NCBI RefSeq assembly: GCF_001194135.2
Contig: NC_068982.1
Coordinates: 48,683,308-48,747,307, forward strand
Direction of reading: 5' to 3'
Origin: Octopus bimaculoides
Taxonomy: Eukaryota
DNA length: 64,000 bases
A program made the position numbers and the translations under genes. The notes under the pieces are model-generated. The model searched no databases. It saw only the letters and a list, made by a program, of their open reading frames with translations, and had not been told where the DNA came from. This document shows, one piece after another, positions 11,616 through 24,490 of this stretch. Each line of letters starts with the position of its first letter. Position 1 is the first letter of the stretch.

Positions 11616-12172
11616 GCAGGCATGGTTGTGTAGTAAGAAACTTACTTTCCAACCACATGGCTCTGGGTTCAGTCCCACTGTGTGACACCTTGGGCAAGTG
11701 TCTTCTCTAGTAGCCTTGGGCTGACCAAAGCTTTGTAAGTGGATTTGGTTGACGGAAACTGAAAGAAGCTTGTCAGATATATATATTTGTCTTTGTCCCT
11801 CCATCACTGCTTGACAACTAGTGTTGGTGTGTTTAAATCCCTTTAACTTAGTAGTGGTTCAGCAGAAAGAGACCAGTAAAATAAGCACTAGGCTTTAAAA
11901 AGAAATAAGTATTGGGGTCAATTCAATTGACTGAAGCCCTTCAAGCAGGTGGGGATGAGGGTGGTAGGGCATCTGCCCTGGACAGCACTTTTAAAGGGGC
12001 ACAATTTTTGAGTCTACTGTAGGCAATATGTATTTTTTTGTGGGGTCCAAGGATGGCAAATGGAAGAGCTGCCCCAGGTAGCACACACTACGCTAGTGCC
12101 TTTAAGGCAGTGCTCCAGCATGGTTGCAATCAAATGACTGAAACAAGTAAAAGAATAAAAGAAAAACAATAA
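11616..12172 (+). mobile_element. tRNA-headed SINE with an internal microsatellite; copies also at about 15536-15900+, 18771-19165-, 19174-19545-, 22583-22830-, 33374-33780+, 42695-43058+, 51745-52075+, 55040-55250-, 58335-58710-
   Basis: Head GGCATGGCTGTGTGGTAAGAAGCTTGCTTCCCAACCAC...GGGTTCAGTCCCACTG has pol III A/B-box-like motifs. It is followed by GGAAACTGAAAGAAGCCC, a (TA/TG)n stretch, a conserved body and an AAAAGAAT tail. Confidence 0.9.
11946..12098. mobile_element. Decayed hAT-like MITE nested in a SINE
   Basis: A GC-richer insert interrupts the SINE consensus and is flanked by the 8-bp near-direct repeat CCTTCAAG (11938-45) / CCTTTAAG (12099-106). Confidence 0.55.
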
Positions 12173-13699
12173 AAGCATTTTGTTTGGTATCTTAACAACA
12201 GTTATAACTTAAGGGTCTTGTTCAGCTGTGCACCTAGTACCAAAAAAGTGACCATGGACAGAAGCAGGTTGCCCATGTAGGGTTTACAGAAACTGATGGT
12301 ACCAACAGTTGTCTTTGAACATGTCTTCAAGAACAGACATGTAGAATCAATCTACTAATATATACAGTTTAGTCTTGACCATGTGGTAATATTCTACTTT
12401 ATGCTTCGGTTCATAGAGCTGGCATCTAATTACCAGCAAGATATTTTCAATGAAATGGTATTAAATTATTCATACGGGCTCAATTCATCAGTTCATTGTG
12501 ATTCTTTATTTCTAGTTTCTAATTTAGATACATGTACTCTTCTGTCTGAGACTTTAAAAAAAATTTATACAAAACAATAATGACACATCAAAATAGTCCC
12601 AAGAATTTCTAGAAATAGCAGCTAAATCACTTCAAAATTACATCCTACTGTTTTAAAACAAGGCTAAGTTCATATTGGATAATGTAATTCTAGATACTTC
12701 AATTTGGGGAAAAAAATGAAAAAGAAAAAGACAGGATGGTTATGGTTGGAATACCTTTGACAAAAGAGCTGAAACTAAACAACAACAGCACAAATTCTTA
12801 TTTCTTAAGATTTCTAGCTATTATATTGAATTTATCATTTTCTGATAAACAATCCTAGTGTACAGATCACAGTCAATATAGGTTAATTTCTTTAAAATTA
12901 AAAATAAATAAATAAAATAAAAATGAACAAAGCGCTAAAGTAATATAACAGCTGGTTAAAACCTAGCAATTCTAGTGTCAACAAGAATATTTTATTTTTA
13001 TTTATTTATTTATTTCCTTTTTATTTTATCTATTTATATATTTTTTTTGAGAAAAGTTATCAAAAATATTTTTTTAAAATTCTACATATCAAACAATACT
13101 TTAGGAAATTGGTTCTTGTAAGAGGCAACTTTCAGTGTAATAAAGTCATGTAGATGTTAAAAATATTAAATGTCTGTATAAGACATGAAATTTCATCGCG
13201 CACCAGTGATTTTAGTTAGAAGAAAACTAAAAATAAATAAATTCAAACAAAAGCAATAGATAGTAAACCAGTCACTTGGAATCAGCAGATTCACTGAGTT
13301 TTCTGTGATATTCCAGTAATTTCTATTTCCTTTCACAGAACAGAGAAACAGACTCCTAAAGTTAGTGTTGTTGTTGTTGTAGCCATCGTTTTCAATACTT
13401 CCTAACATTTGAGATTTGTTGAACTGTGGCTGGAAAATAATTGAAATGGTTGTAACCATCTGCTTCTTTTGAATATTCATTAATGGAATCAGGAAAATGT
13501 CTGAAGAAATATCATTTGCTTGTTAGATTTTCTTTTTCATCTGAACTCAAGTTCCTCATTATAGTCTATCATTATTATAGATGAAATACTTATAAAACTT
13601 TATCTTCATTATAGTTTCAATGCCTACTTTTCTATGATTTCCATAGGTTGGACAGGTCTACAGTATAACTATGAACATTCTTAATATTATTTAATATCA

Positions 13700-14022
13700 C
13701 CTGTGACACCCACATCTTCCTGGATCTTCCTACTATCATGTACCTCCCACTATCAGAATACAGAATTTCTTCATTAAATAGGTTACAACCATTCACATTA
13801 CATTCCCATACCAGTCTAGGTGCTGCATTTACACATTATCAATTGAGGCCAGGTACACTGTCAACTCCTTTGTGCTTCACCTTACATGTAAGTTAGTGAA
13901 GACATACACCCAGTGGATCCTACTCAACACATTTTTCTTCACCCCCTGTCAATCTTCTGTATTCAGGACTCATGTCTCATTACTATACAACATTACACTT
14001 CTAATTCCTCTCATAGTAACTT
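13700..14022 (-). mobile_element. Decayed RTE LINE 3' fragment
   Basis: The minus strand gives ...SVMLYSNETW-like and ...GRSRKMW-like remnants, matching RTE post-RT motifs (LYGSETW; GRPRKTW), with many stops. Confidence 0.6.
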
Positions 14023-14074
<52 letters not shown>

Positions 14075-14576
14075 CAGAGAGATAACATAGACTGACGCTT
14101 TTACTATCATGGTATGTTCTCAATTGCTTCCTTAATTTTACCTATTCTGACAATTCAATATTCCAAACCTGTTTCTTTTAATCACTTAAAGGGGTCTACT
14201 TTATCATATGGAAGTAAAAAACAGTTTTGGCAAAGTCAGACTTCACCATTCCCAAGACTGTTAGATTCTTATTAACCAAGTACTGGTCTATCAATTTCTA
14301 TCAATCTTTCAATATATGAAACTAAAAAAATCATAAACAATGATATTCATCTCCCCCCCTCTCTCTCTTTTTCTTCTTGGTGATTCTCAGTATAATGTCA
14401 GTAGAGCTGGGAGGTCCAGCCAACATTGCAACTACTTTTTTTCCCCAAATATTAGCAAAACTGAAACAATTTTTGCTATCCAAAATCTTTCATATTTTTA
14501 AATATTAACGGTTCATAGCTCGGAAACCAAGGAATCTCTCCAGGCCAAGCCAATAGTTTAATGCATTGAAAGGTCA

Positions 14577-15052
14577 CAGTTCTGGTACAATAGACATCTG
14601 ATGAGAATGTCACTGGAAAGAATCACAAGGTGGATTCTTCAAGCCAAGGTAAGCAGCAGGAGATTTTGGGGTAGATCAAGGATAAGATTGTTGGACAATA
14701 TCCATAATCTCAGTCAATCATGCATGGGAATCCAATCAAAAAGTCTAATGATGGTTGTTTCTGATAGGACCCTATGACAGTTCCAGTACTATGGACATGT
14801 TATTAGAATGTTACAGGAAAGAATCATAAAATGGATTCTTCAAGCCAAGCCAACTGGTAGGAGACCTAGGAGTAGACCAAGAACAAGAAGGGTGGATAAT
14901 TTCCACAGTCTCAGTTGGTCATGCTTGGGAACCCAACTGGAAAGTCTTGTGATAGTTGTTTCTGATAGAACCCTATAGAGGAGGTGTTTGAGAACTCTAC
15001 TTCCATGATGCTCCCAGAAACAGGGAATTGAGAAGATGGATAGAACAGTAAT
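14577..15052 (+). mobile_element. RTE LINE 3' end with a 201-bp tandem duplication
   Basis: Units 14577-14777 and 14778-14978 translate in one frame as QFWYNRHLMRMSLERITRWILQAK...DRTL* and QFQYYGHVIRMLQERIIKWILQAKPTGRRPRSRPRTRRVDN...DRTL* (RTE YGHv.R...GrRprGRP motif). Confidence 0.8.
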
Positions 15053-15334
15053 GGTACAGGTGTACTTATGCTTTCATTTCTAATTCAGAACCAAAACGTT
15101 AAAGAAGTTAATATAAAACTAAGTAAAGAGCAAAATTCAAATAAATTGGTGATGTATGCGCTAGCAACAATTAGTCAATAAACGAAACCATAGAGTCAAA
15201 TAAGTTCAGTTATTGTGAGAGGTGAATAATCTAACAGTTCAGGTCTTCAGCTGAGATGGAGGAGGATGAGTGTGGGGTGTGGGTGAGAGTGTCAGTCATT
15301 TGTAATTAAAGTGACAACACTTTATCTTTCTCAG

Positions 15335-15513
15335 GGCAAGAGTCTGGAACATTAGAATGCTCACTGCTCATGGCAACTGAACTTACTGACCTCTGTTATG
15401 AACTCTCCTATATCAATATAAGTTACATAAATCAAGAGGAAATCAATAAGTCATATAAGTTTTCGGAAACTTTTACAAAATCCAGAAATATCAAAGAACT
15501 GAAGAAAATTTAA
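15335..15513 (+). CDS. Possible terminal exon-like open frame, QESGTLECSLLMATELTDLCYELSYINISYINQEEINKSYKFSETFTKSRNIKELKKI*
   Basis: Good acceptor TTTATCTTTCTCAG and about 58 open codons; no convincing donor and no recognised homology. Confidence 0.17.
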
Positions 15514-18084
15514 TACCAAATAGCACAAATAACACAGGCATGGCTGTGTGGTAAGAAACTTGCTTCCAAACCATATGGTTCTGGGCTCAGTCCCACTGTG
15601 TGGTACCTTTGGCAAGTGTCTTCTACTATAGCTTTGGTAGATGGAAACTGAAAGAAGCTCATCATGTATATGTGTGTGTGTATGTGTGTCTTTGTTTGTC
15701 CCCCATCATCACCTGACAACCAGTGTTGGTGTGTTTACATCCCATAACTTAGTGGTTCGGCAAGGAGACCAATAGAATAAGTACTAGGCTTAAAAAAAGT
15801 TCTGGGGTCGATTTATTCGACCAAAATCCATCAAAATAGTGTTCCAGCATGGCCACAGTCAAATGACTGAAACAAATAAAGGAATAAAAGAATAAAAGAT
15901 AAATATTCACTTCAGGTTTTCATCTGAATGGTGAAGGTCTTATTTATTAAGTGGACATACCTCTAATTTAACCACAAATAATGAAAAAGTATAAAGACCA
16001 AAATACTTGGCTCAAAAACAAATGCCTACATATTTATTAAGAAAATGCTCAGATCTGTCTTGTTTGTTATATGAGTCAACAACGAATTCTCTATATTGTC
16101 ATTTAATCTGATATATTGGCAGTGGAATATCCTGTGTATCTCACAATATTATTAATACTAGCTGGCCCTGTGCCATCAAAAATGATGGCTAATTGAGGTA
16201 TTTTATATATAAATAAGGTACGAAACCAAGTTTTTAGTTTAATAATTCTTATATTACCAAATTTACAATATAACTTTCAACTGCAGTCATTTTATATTCT
16301 TGTTACACACAGGCAATAATTATTTTCTCTTATGAATTTGTTTTTGTATATATGTTTGACAACCTTTGATGTATTTATTTCACAAGGGATACATATATTA
16401 TCACCGTCATTTATTGTCTACTTTATCATGTTTGCATGGCTGAGATGGAACTTATTGCAGCAGATTTTTTTATAGTTAGATGTCCTTCCTGCTGCCAACT
16501 TTCACCTGTACCCAGCAAGGTAATATTTTCCCCACAACCAGATATGTCGTTCAAGAAAGACTGGAAAAAATGACAGTGATATTCATTTACACCCTCGCTA
16601 TTCCAAGTTTTAATTGTCATCTATAGTATTTTGATTGATTCTGTAATAAGAACCAGACTGACAAAATGCTGATGTTCCATTCAGCATCATGTCATGAAAT
16701 ATTTGGTTGTCTGACAAAAAAAAAGAAAAAGAAAAAAGGCCACTGACACACTGATGTCCTCAGCCATTGATCTTATTTTTAATTCTTTCTTTCACAATGC
16801 TTTGGTTCTTGACCTTATATGTAGCCTAGTTTAACACACTACCAGCTCGACTTTGGTTATCTTTAACAGCATCCACTTTATAGATTTGAGGGTAATTTAG
16901 CTGCTATTTCTATGAGGTCTGAAGCTGATGGATAACTCCCTCTTTTCTTCCTTTCAGTCTTGGAAGCCCTTATAACAGTCATAGGACTTCTCTTTAAGGA
17001 TCTCTATCCCTTGGAGATCTTTAAAAGGGTTATAGAAACTTCCCTTTCTCCTCTTAAGACATAAAAATGATACGAACATACTTCTCAAACCATTTATCAA
17101 TGCCTAGTTTTTTTTTTATTTTACAACAAGCCGGTAGAACACAGAACCTTATCAAAGATTCTTTCAACATATTGCAATATATTACCAGATGCTATGTGTT
17201 CTTAGCTAAAAATCTTCCTTTACAAAGTGGTATGGTATTTGTGTTTATATTTTCATTCTGTCATTAATAATCCTTTCTCTGTAAATAAACAGATGTCAAA
17301 GGTTATAATGTTTAGCATCAGATTTCATTATTGATTTATTTTGTTATCATTTTATCTTTTATTGATCAAGTTTCACTATAAACATTAAAAACATTCATCA
17401 AACAAACGTCAAATAGTTTTCAAAAGAGAGGTTTCTGCTTGTCCCTCAACTCAACATCAAGTATAAATGGCTTTGAAAGAAGCTACTTAAATACATTATT
17501 CAAAAGTAAGTTTCTATTCTGAAATTTTCACGTCATCCTTTCAGCTGTTACTGTTTTCAACATTTCAGCAGGCTCCAGACAAAATTTTTAAAAGTTCAAC
17601 ACATTATGAAGACACATTTAACACTTTAGCATTTAAACCGGCCATATCCAGCCCACATATCTTATTTGTTTCATGATTGAACAACCCAGTTCTGATATAT
17701 CACAACTACCCTACAATGTCATTCTAAAAATATACAATCACTTCATTAAAATTTTGAAGATGTAAAGCGATACAGAATTAATTCAAAGCAATGTGAATAA
17801 ATAAGTATTAATATATTCAGAATAATCTGAATATTAAAGGGTTAAAAAGAACCAAATTTAAATTAGAGAGCTAAGCAGAACTTAAAGATACAATATTACA
17901 TAAATTGTTTTCCAGAAAGCAGTCATGGATTTGTATTTATCTAGTGCAGATATGGCTGCATGGTTCAGTAGTTTCCATTACAACCACATGCAAACATCAG
18001 GTAGATCTCTTCTACACTGACTCCAAGCTAACCAATACCTTGGGAGAGAATTTGGTAGACAGAAACTGTAGAAAGCCCATTCTA

Positions 18085-18135
<51 letters not shown>

Positions 18136-21100
18136 CTGACTAAGCACTTAGATGCAAAACAAGGTGGAAGAAATAATACTCAGAGTAATTAAGCTGAAGA
18201 AAATCTTCACAAGCTCTTATTTAGTGATTCATATTACCATTTGTTGAACAGTTGTAACTGTCAATGAATGGTAACATGAAACTCTGAGTAACAGTTTCTA
18301 AAGATTTTTTTCAGCTTTAATATAAATATATATACTAGCTTAAAAATTTGCATGGAGTGCGGACTTTTAAGCTTGCTTCTGCGAAGGGCTAATTGGGCCA
18401 GTGACCAAAACTAAACAGAGCAATGATAATAAAGTATTTATTGGTACCCTACCAATACGGTATTACTTTAAATTCAGTTTAAATGAAAAACTTGTAAGTT
18501 GACAAATTTTTGGAGTTAATTTTAAAATTTGAACTTTCAGCTGTTAGCATATAACAAATCTTTATCTAGACCTGTTTTCAATGCTGGATGTCCAAGAATA
18601 AAATGAAGGGCAGATTTTCAATCTTAGGATCATCATAATTCCAAAATGGTATAATATGTCTATGTAGACCAAGGCACAAGGATCTCGGATGGACAGAGGG
18701 ACAGACAGAATTTCGCATTTATCATTATAGATATATATATATATAAAGATGCATGCATGTATCGTTCATCTTTGAGCTTTTACTTGTTTCAATGATTTGA
18801 CTGTGGCCATGCTGGGGCACTGACTTGAAGAATTTTAGTTGAACAAATCAACTGTAGTACTTATTTTTATTTTTATGTTTTTGATCCTGACACTTTTTCT
18901 ATTGGTCTCTTTTGTTAACCTGTTAAGTTGCAAAGATGGGAAAAAAAAAGACATTGTCAAGTGGTGAGGAGGGGGACAAATACAGATACAAAAACACAAA
19001 TAGATATATGACAGGTTTCTTTCAGTTTCCATCAACCAAATCCACTCACAAAACTTTGGTTAGCTTAAGACTGTAGTAGAAGACACTTGCCTTGGGTGGC
19101 ATGCAGTGGGACTGAACCCAAAACTATGTGCTTGGGAAGCAAACATCTTACCATAGAGCAATGCATTACGAACTATCGTTATCTTTATTTTTTACTTGCT
19201 ACAGTCATTGGACTGTGGCCGTGCTGGGTTTTAGTCAAGCAAATTGACCCCAGTTCTTTTTCCTTTTTTAAATCAGTTGCTTTTGTCAAACTGCTAAGAG
19301 GCAGGCATGTAAACAAACCTACACCACTTGTCAAATAATGGTGAGTTACAAGCACACGCGCACACACACGCATGTGCATGCATACACATACAATAGGTTT
19401 CTTTCAGTTTCTGTCTACCAAATCTGATCACAAGGTTTTGGTTGGAAAGAGGCTATAGTAGAAGCCACTTGCCCTTGGTGCAATACAACAGAACTGAATC
19501 CCAAACTATGTGGTTGGGAAGTAAGCTTCTTACCACACACACCGTATAAGTTAAGAAAAATTGAAATTTAGTTCAACAGAAATAACTACCCATTGATCTA
19601 GCCAATATGTCTTGTTACTTGTAAATTAATTTGCAAAAATAATCTGTCATCTTGTGTCAATTTATTTTTTCCATATTTTTTTTTTTAATTAAAATGATTT
19701 TTTCAGAATTTATAATTACATTTCTTTTAATAAATGTAATTAACTTTGTTTAAGTCAGCATCATCAACATCAAAGAAACAGTTGTTAGTCAACGATTATC
19801 ATATATGTTTTTAACCTTCATGTCGGACAAGCAGAAGCAGACATTAGAAACTATCACACAGGACTATATTAATGATACAAAATTTCAACATTAATTTCAA
19901 AACTAAATTTCCATTTTATCCATTTATTTATTCACTTATTTTATCATCTTGCTATCAAGCCAAGAGTGTAAACAGTAATCTTGAAACTATGATCCTTCAT
20001 AGGCATTCCTTCTAAATTTAGTGACAGGGATGGAGAGAGGAATGTATCCTCAAATTGGAGGCCTTACCCAAAAGCTTGCAAAATAGTGGACTTTACTAAA
20101 GGCACCCAAGGTGTCAGGTGGTGGTGCTAAACTAAGCAGCAGATGCTACGTCTACCAATTAATAATGGTTTCTAATTTTGGTACAAGGCCAGTAATTTTT
20201 GGGGAGGGGTAAATCGATTACATCAAACCCAGTGATCAGCTGATCCTTATTTTATCAACTCTGATGAAAGGCAAAATTGACCTCAGCGGAATCTGAACTC
20301 AGAATGCAAAGACAGATGAAATGCCACGAAGCATTTTGCCTGGTGCAGTAATGATCCTGCCATCTCACCACCCTAGCCTGCCAATTAATAATAGTTCATG
20401 TAAAGGATAAAGGCAAATAACCCTTTTGATCATGAATGACCATGAGATTGCCTCTAAAAATTTCCCCTCTGAGGCACAAGTCTGAGCAAGATTGTTTATG
20501 GAAGACCAGCAGTCACCCATGCAAGCCAGCCTCCCCGCTCGATGCCATTGATGTTATCCAAGAGAAAGGCAAAAGCCAATACAGCTTGGCACCAGTGACA
20601 TCGCAACTCATTCCTACAAATGGACAAACTGGTGCAACATGAAATAGTGTCTTGCTCAAGAACATAATACTGCCTGGTTTGGGAATCAAACTCGCTACTT
20701 CATGATTGTGAGACTGTTGCTCTAACCATGGAGCTATGCACCTTCACATGTAAGCTTATGTAAACTATCATTATTATAATCATACATATCATCAGCATAA
20801 TCATCATCATAACTCATTATTATCTCAATTGAGACAGTGAGCTGGCAGAAATGTTAAAACTGCAGAAAAAAATGCTTCATACTTCTATATTCAAAAACTT
20901 CACATTCTGAGTTCAAATTCCACCAAAGTTTACTTTGCCTTTTGTAAGGCAGGGAGCTGAAAGAATTGTTAGCAGATTGCACAAAATGCTGCCAAGTGTT
21001 TTGTCCATCTGTGCATTCTGAGTTCAAATACCCCTCAGGTCAACTTTGCCCTTCATCATTTCGAGGTTGATAGAATAAGTATGAGTTACCCACTGNNNNN

Positions 21101-22198
21101 NNNNNGGGGGGGGGGGGGGTGCAACCAACTAACCCCTCCCCTCAAAAATTTAGAGCCTTGTGCATATAGTAGAAAAAATTATAATGAGAATTGCTTTATT
21201 ACCATGGCATGACAAACAAGCATGCAGTGTCTTTCATACTAAATTGCATAACATTACAAAGAACTTTTATTCAACACTATAAATTAGGTTGATTTCATAA
21301 AGCATCAATGAGGTTCAACACTATAGAATAATTACATTTTTAATGTTTGACATAAACCTGTAAAAATGCAACACACAGTGTGTAAATTCAATACAGTAGA
21401 GTGTGAAATTGATTTAAATTGTGTAAAATACCATTTTAAAGAGCAGATATTCAATGTTTATTGCATGTAGAATCCATGCTAACATGCATAAAGGCAACAC
21501 TAAGGTGCAAAATTGCAATCTGATGTGTATGCAGGTTTTTTAATGGAATAATCAATCAATATTCCTATAGGATATTTAAAGCATAGCATATATTACTAAT
21601 ACGCACATATAGTGTGAGCTACAATAGTAACATTGTACTATATATTTTTAAGTAGTTCTCATTGGTCTGCATAGTACAGTGCAATTCTTTTTAAAGTTAG
21701 CAACTTAAAAAAAAAATTCTGACACATTGTAATATGTGATAGAACTTATGTGTTATGTTGATGCATATATAAAACTTCACTATATAGCTTCGGGTTGATT
21801 TTTGCTCTCTCTCTCTCTCATATATATATCGTCATTATTATTTAATGTCTGTTTTCTATGCTAGCATGATTTCAACAGCTTCATAGGACTCGGCAAGGCC
21901 AGGGACTACACTAGGTTCCATAGTCTGTTTGGCTTGATTTCTATAGCTGGATGCTCTTCCTAACACCAACCACTTTATAAAGTGTACTGGGTGCTTTTTA
22001 TGTAGGATTATCACCAGTGTATCCCTCTCTCTCACTCTATCTATATATCTATATATCCATATATATATATATATATATACATACATACATATATATCCCT
22101 CCAACCTTCATCAGGTGTCATGGAGAAATATTGAACCCTGGAGAAATATCTGTCAAATGTAAATAATGTACATAATTCCTCATCTCTTAAATATGGAA

Positions 22199-22245
<47 letters not shown>

Positions 22246-22546
22246 AGTGGCACGTAAAAAGCACCATTTGAGCGTGATCGTTACCAGCATTGCCTTACTG
22301 GCCCATGTGCCGGTGGCATGTGAACAAATCATTTGAGCGAGGTCGTTGCCAGTGCCGCTAGACTGACTCCTGTGCAGGTGGCATGTAAAAGCACCCACTA
22401 CACTCTCGGAGTGGTTGGCGTTAGGAAGGGCATCCAGCCTTAGAAACTCCACCAGATCAGATTGGAGTCTGGTGCAGCCATCTGGTTTGCTCAGTTAAAT
22501 TGTCCAACCCATGCTAGCATGGAAAATATACGTTAAACGATGATAA

Positions 22547-22584
<38 letters not shown>

Positions 22585-23033
22585 TTTATCTTTGCTAAGT
22601 TATGGGGACACCAGTTGTCAAGTGGTGGTGGGAGGACAATTACAAACACAAACACAGATATATAAAATATATATAAACAACAGACTTCTTTCAGTTTCCG
22701 TCTACCAAATCACTCACAAGGCTTTGGTCAACTTCAGGGCATATTAGAAGACACTTGCCCAAGGTACACACAGTGGGACTGAACCCAGGACCATGTGGTT
22801 GGGAGGCAAGCTTCTTACGACATAGGCACGTATGTGAGTATAGGTTGATGTGTAGTATTATCTGTGCAATAAATAAGTTCCTGTACTTTATTCAGTAAAA
22901 TGAAAAATTATGTTTTATTTATTTATTATTTGGTCCATTTAAATGTCATTGGAAATAAGTGTTTTATTTGTAGGTATTTATGAAAGCAAACAACTGGAAA
23001 CAACATACGTCTAATTTGATATGTTCTTTTTAG

Positions 23034-23150
23034 CTCTACTCTTATGATGTCAAGGAAAAGGAAACAAGTAATGTTCAAGAATGATAGTTTGTTTAATCAA
23101 CCAACAAACTATGCTTCAACAATTTCTACAAAACAATCTAATCCAGCTCT
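23034..23150 (+). CDS. Possible 117-nt phase 2-2 exon, STLMMSRKRKQVMFKNDSLFNQPTNYASTISTKQSNPA
   Basis: TTCTTTTTAG acceptor, GTATGG donor, open frame with a basic RKRK motif; no homology recognised. Confidence 0.2.
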
Positions 23151-23472
23151 GTATGGAATTTTGGAAAAAAAAAAAGAAAAAAAAGATAAATAAAATGGAA
23201 GTGAAATACCTAATAAAATGGTGAGGAAAAGTAACAATGTTTAACTAAGTATGTTTTATATGTGTTATGCCAAAAAATGTCATTTTTTTTTTTTATGATT
23301 ATTGTGGTGATATCTTGTTCTTGTTTCAGTTGTTTAGACAGAGGTCAGTTCTGAGTAAGTAGACTTATGATCAATGATTGTCCAGCTATAATCATGCAGT
23401 CATTTTGGTTGTAGGTGGGGTTATTTTTTTCCACACATGTTTAGAACCAGATTAATAAATATATCCTTTCTT

Positions 23473-23790
23473 TAAGATCAGAGTGTCATTTGAGAGAGAA
23501 ATTTGGTTGCTATTTCTGACATATTCTGGAGCCTGATTATCTAACGTGCCCATTGATTAAGATGGTACAGTGTGATTTGAGGGTGATCTTGCTATCCTTT
23601 CTTAAACGTTTTGGAGTACAATTATTTAATGTTTCCTATGATTAAGATAGTAGAGCATGATTTGAGGGAGATTTGGCTGCTATTTCTTATAAGTTTTGGA
23701 GCCCGATTATCCAATGTATCTTTTGTGTAACATGCAAAGTGTGATACGAGGGAGATTTTGCTGTTATTTCTCACTTGTCAAATTATGATA
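23473..23790 (+). repeat. Degenerate ~85-bp tandem array (about 4 units) amplified from the tail of a dispersed repeat
   Basis: Units start near 23473, 23558, 23642 and 23728. Each has TTAAGA...GTGTGATTTGAGGGAGATTTGGCTGCTATTTCT, a motif that occurs singly elsewhere (for example near 2460, 16880, 55320 and 59830). Confidence 0.7.
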
Positions 23791-24217
23791 TAGAGACATA
23801 CCTTATTAGCTTCCTGTTATTTCATGCTTATAAGAGTTGTAGCTCATTAAATTAATAGTATTGCACCATACCAGCTGAAATACTTCACAGGTTTAACCCA
23901 ATTCTGTTATCACATTGCCCATCATAAAGACACTTACTTCACTTGCCTCTTAATATCCAAGTTTATCTTATAATAAATAAATATACCCAGCATAGGTCAG
24001 ATCTCTAATGTACCACCCATGCTGGATGATTCTCATCTGCTACCAATATTCTGGTGCTTCTTTGCAGTAGATGTCTATATGAGAGGATTTCTCAAAGCAA
24101 ATACCACAGTAATATGATGTTCTAACATACATCCACATTAAGGAGGACATAAAGTTTGCTACTGTTGGTTTTTGGTACTCAGTCAATCCTGATAAAGGCT
24201 GTCTTAGTGGTATTACA

Positions 24218-24490
24218 GGCCCCTGGGAAAATCAATGCACTGGACTCTATTGTATTTATTGATTGACATTAAGCCACAATAAACATAAATCAAAATTGAC
24301 CCCAAGACATTCGGTCCCAGAGCAACTATCCATATGCTGGCCCTTATAGTATTTATTCAAGGCAAGCCACAAGATAGATTGATCAGAATTGGGCCCCCAG
24401 GCAACTGTCCAATGTCCTGGCTACTATATTATGTTATTATTGACAGCAAACCACAGCATACAGGGATCAGAATTAGGCCCTTGCAACAGT
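24218..24490. repeat. Old ~80-95-bp tandem repeat (3 units plus a partial)
   Basis: Units start at about 24218, 24313, 24392 and 24476, sharing GGCCCC..GGCAACT.TCCA.T..CTGG...TATTTATT...AAGCCACA...GATCAGAATT. Confidence 0.6.

Noticed and set aside
11616-11700. tRNA-like heads (also 40866 and 4570)
   Set aside because: These are SINE pol III heads with no complete cloverleaf; not tRNA genes.
12383-12580. 65-aa ORF with plausible composition
   Set aside because: No splice signals or recognisable motif, and the length is within chance expectation.
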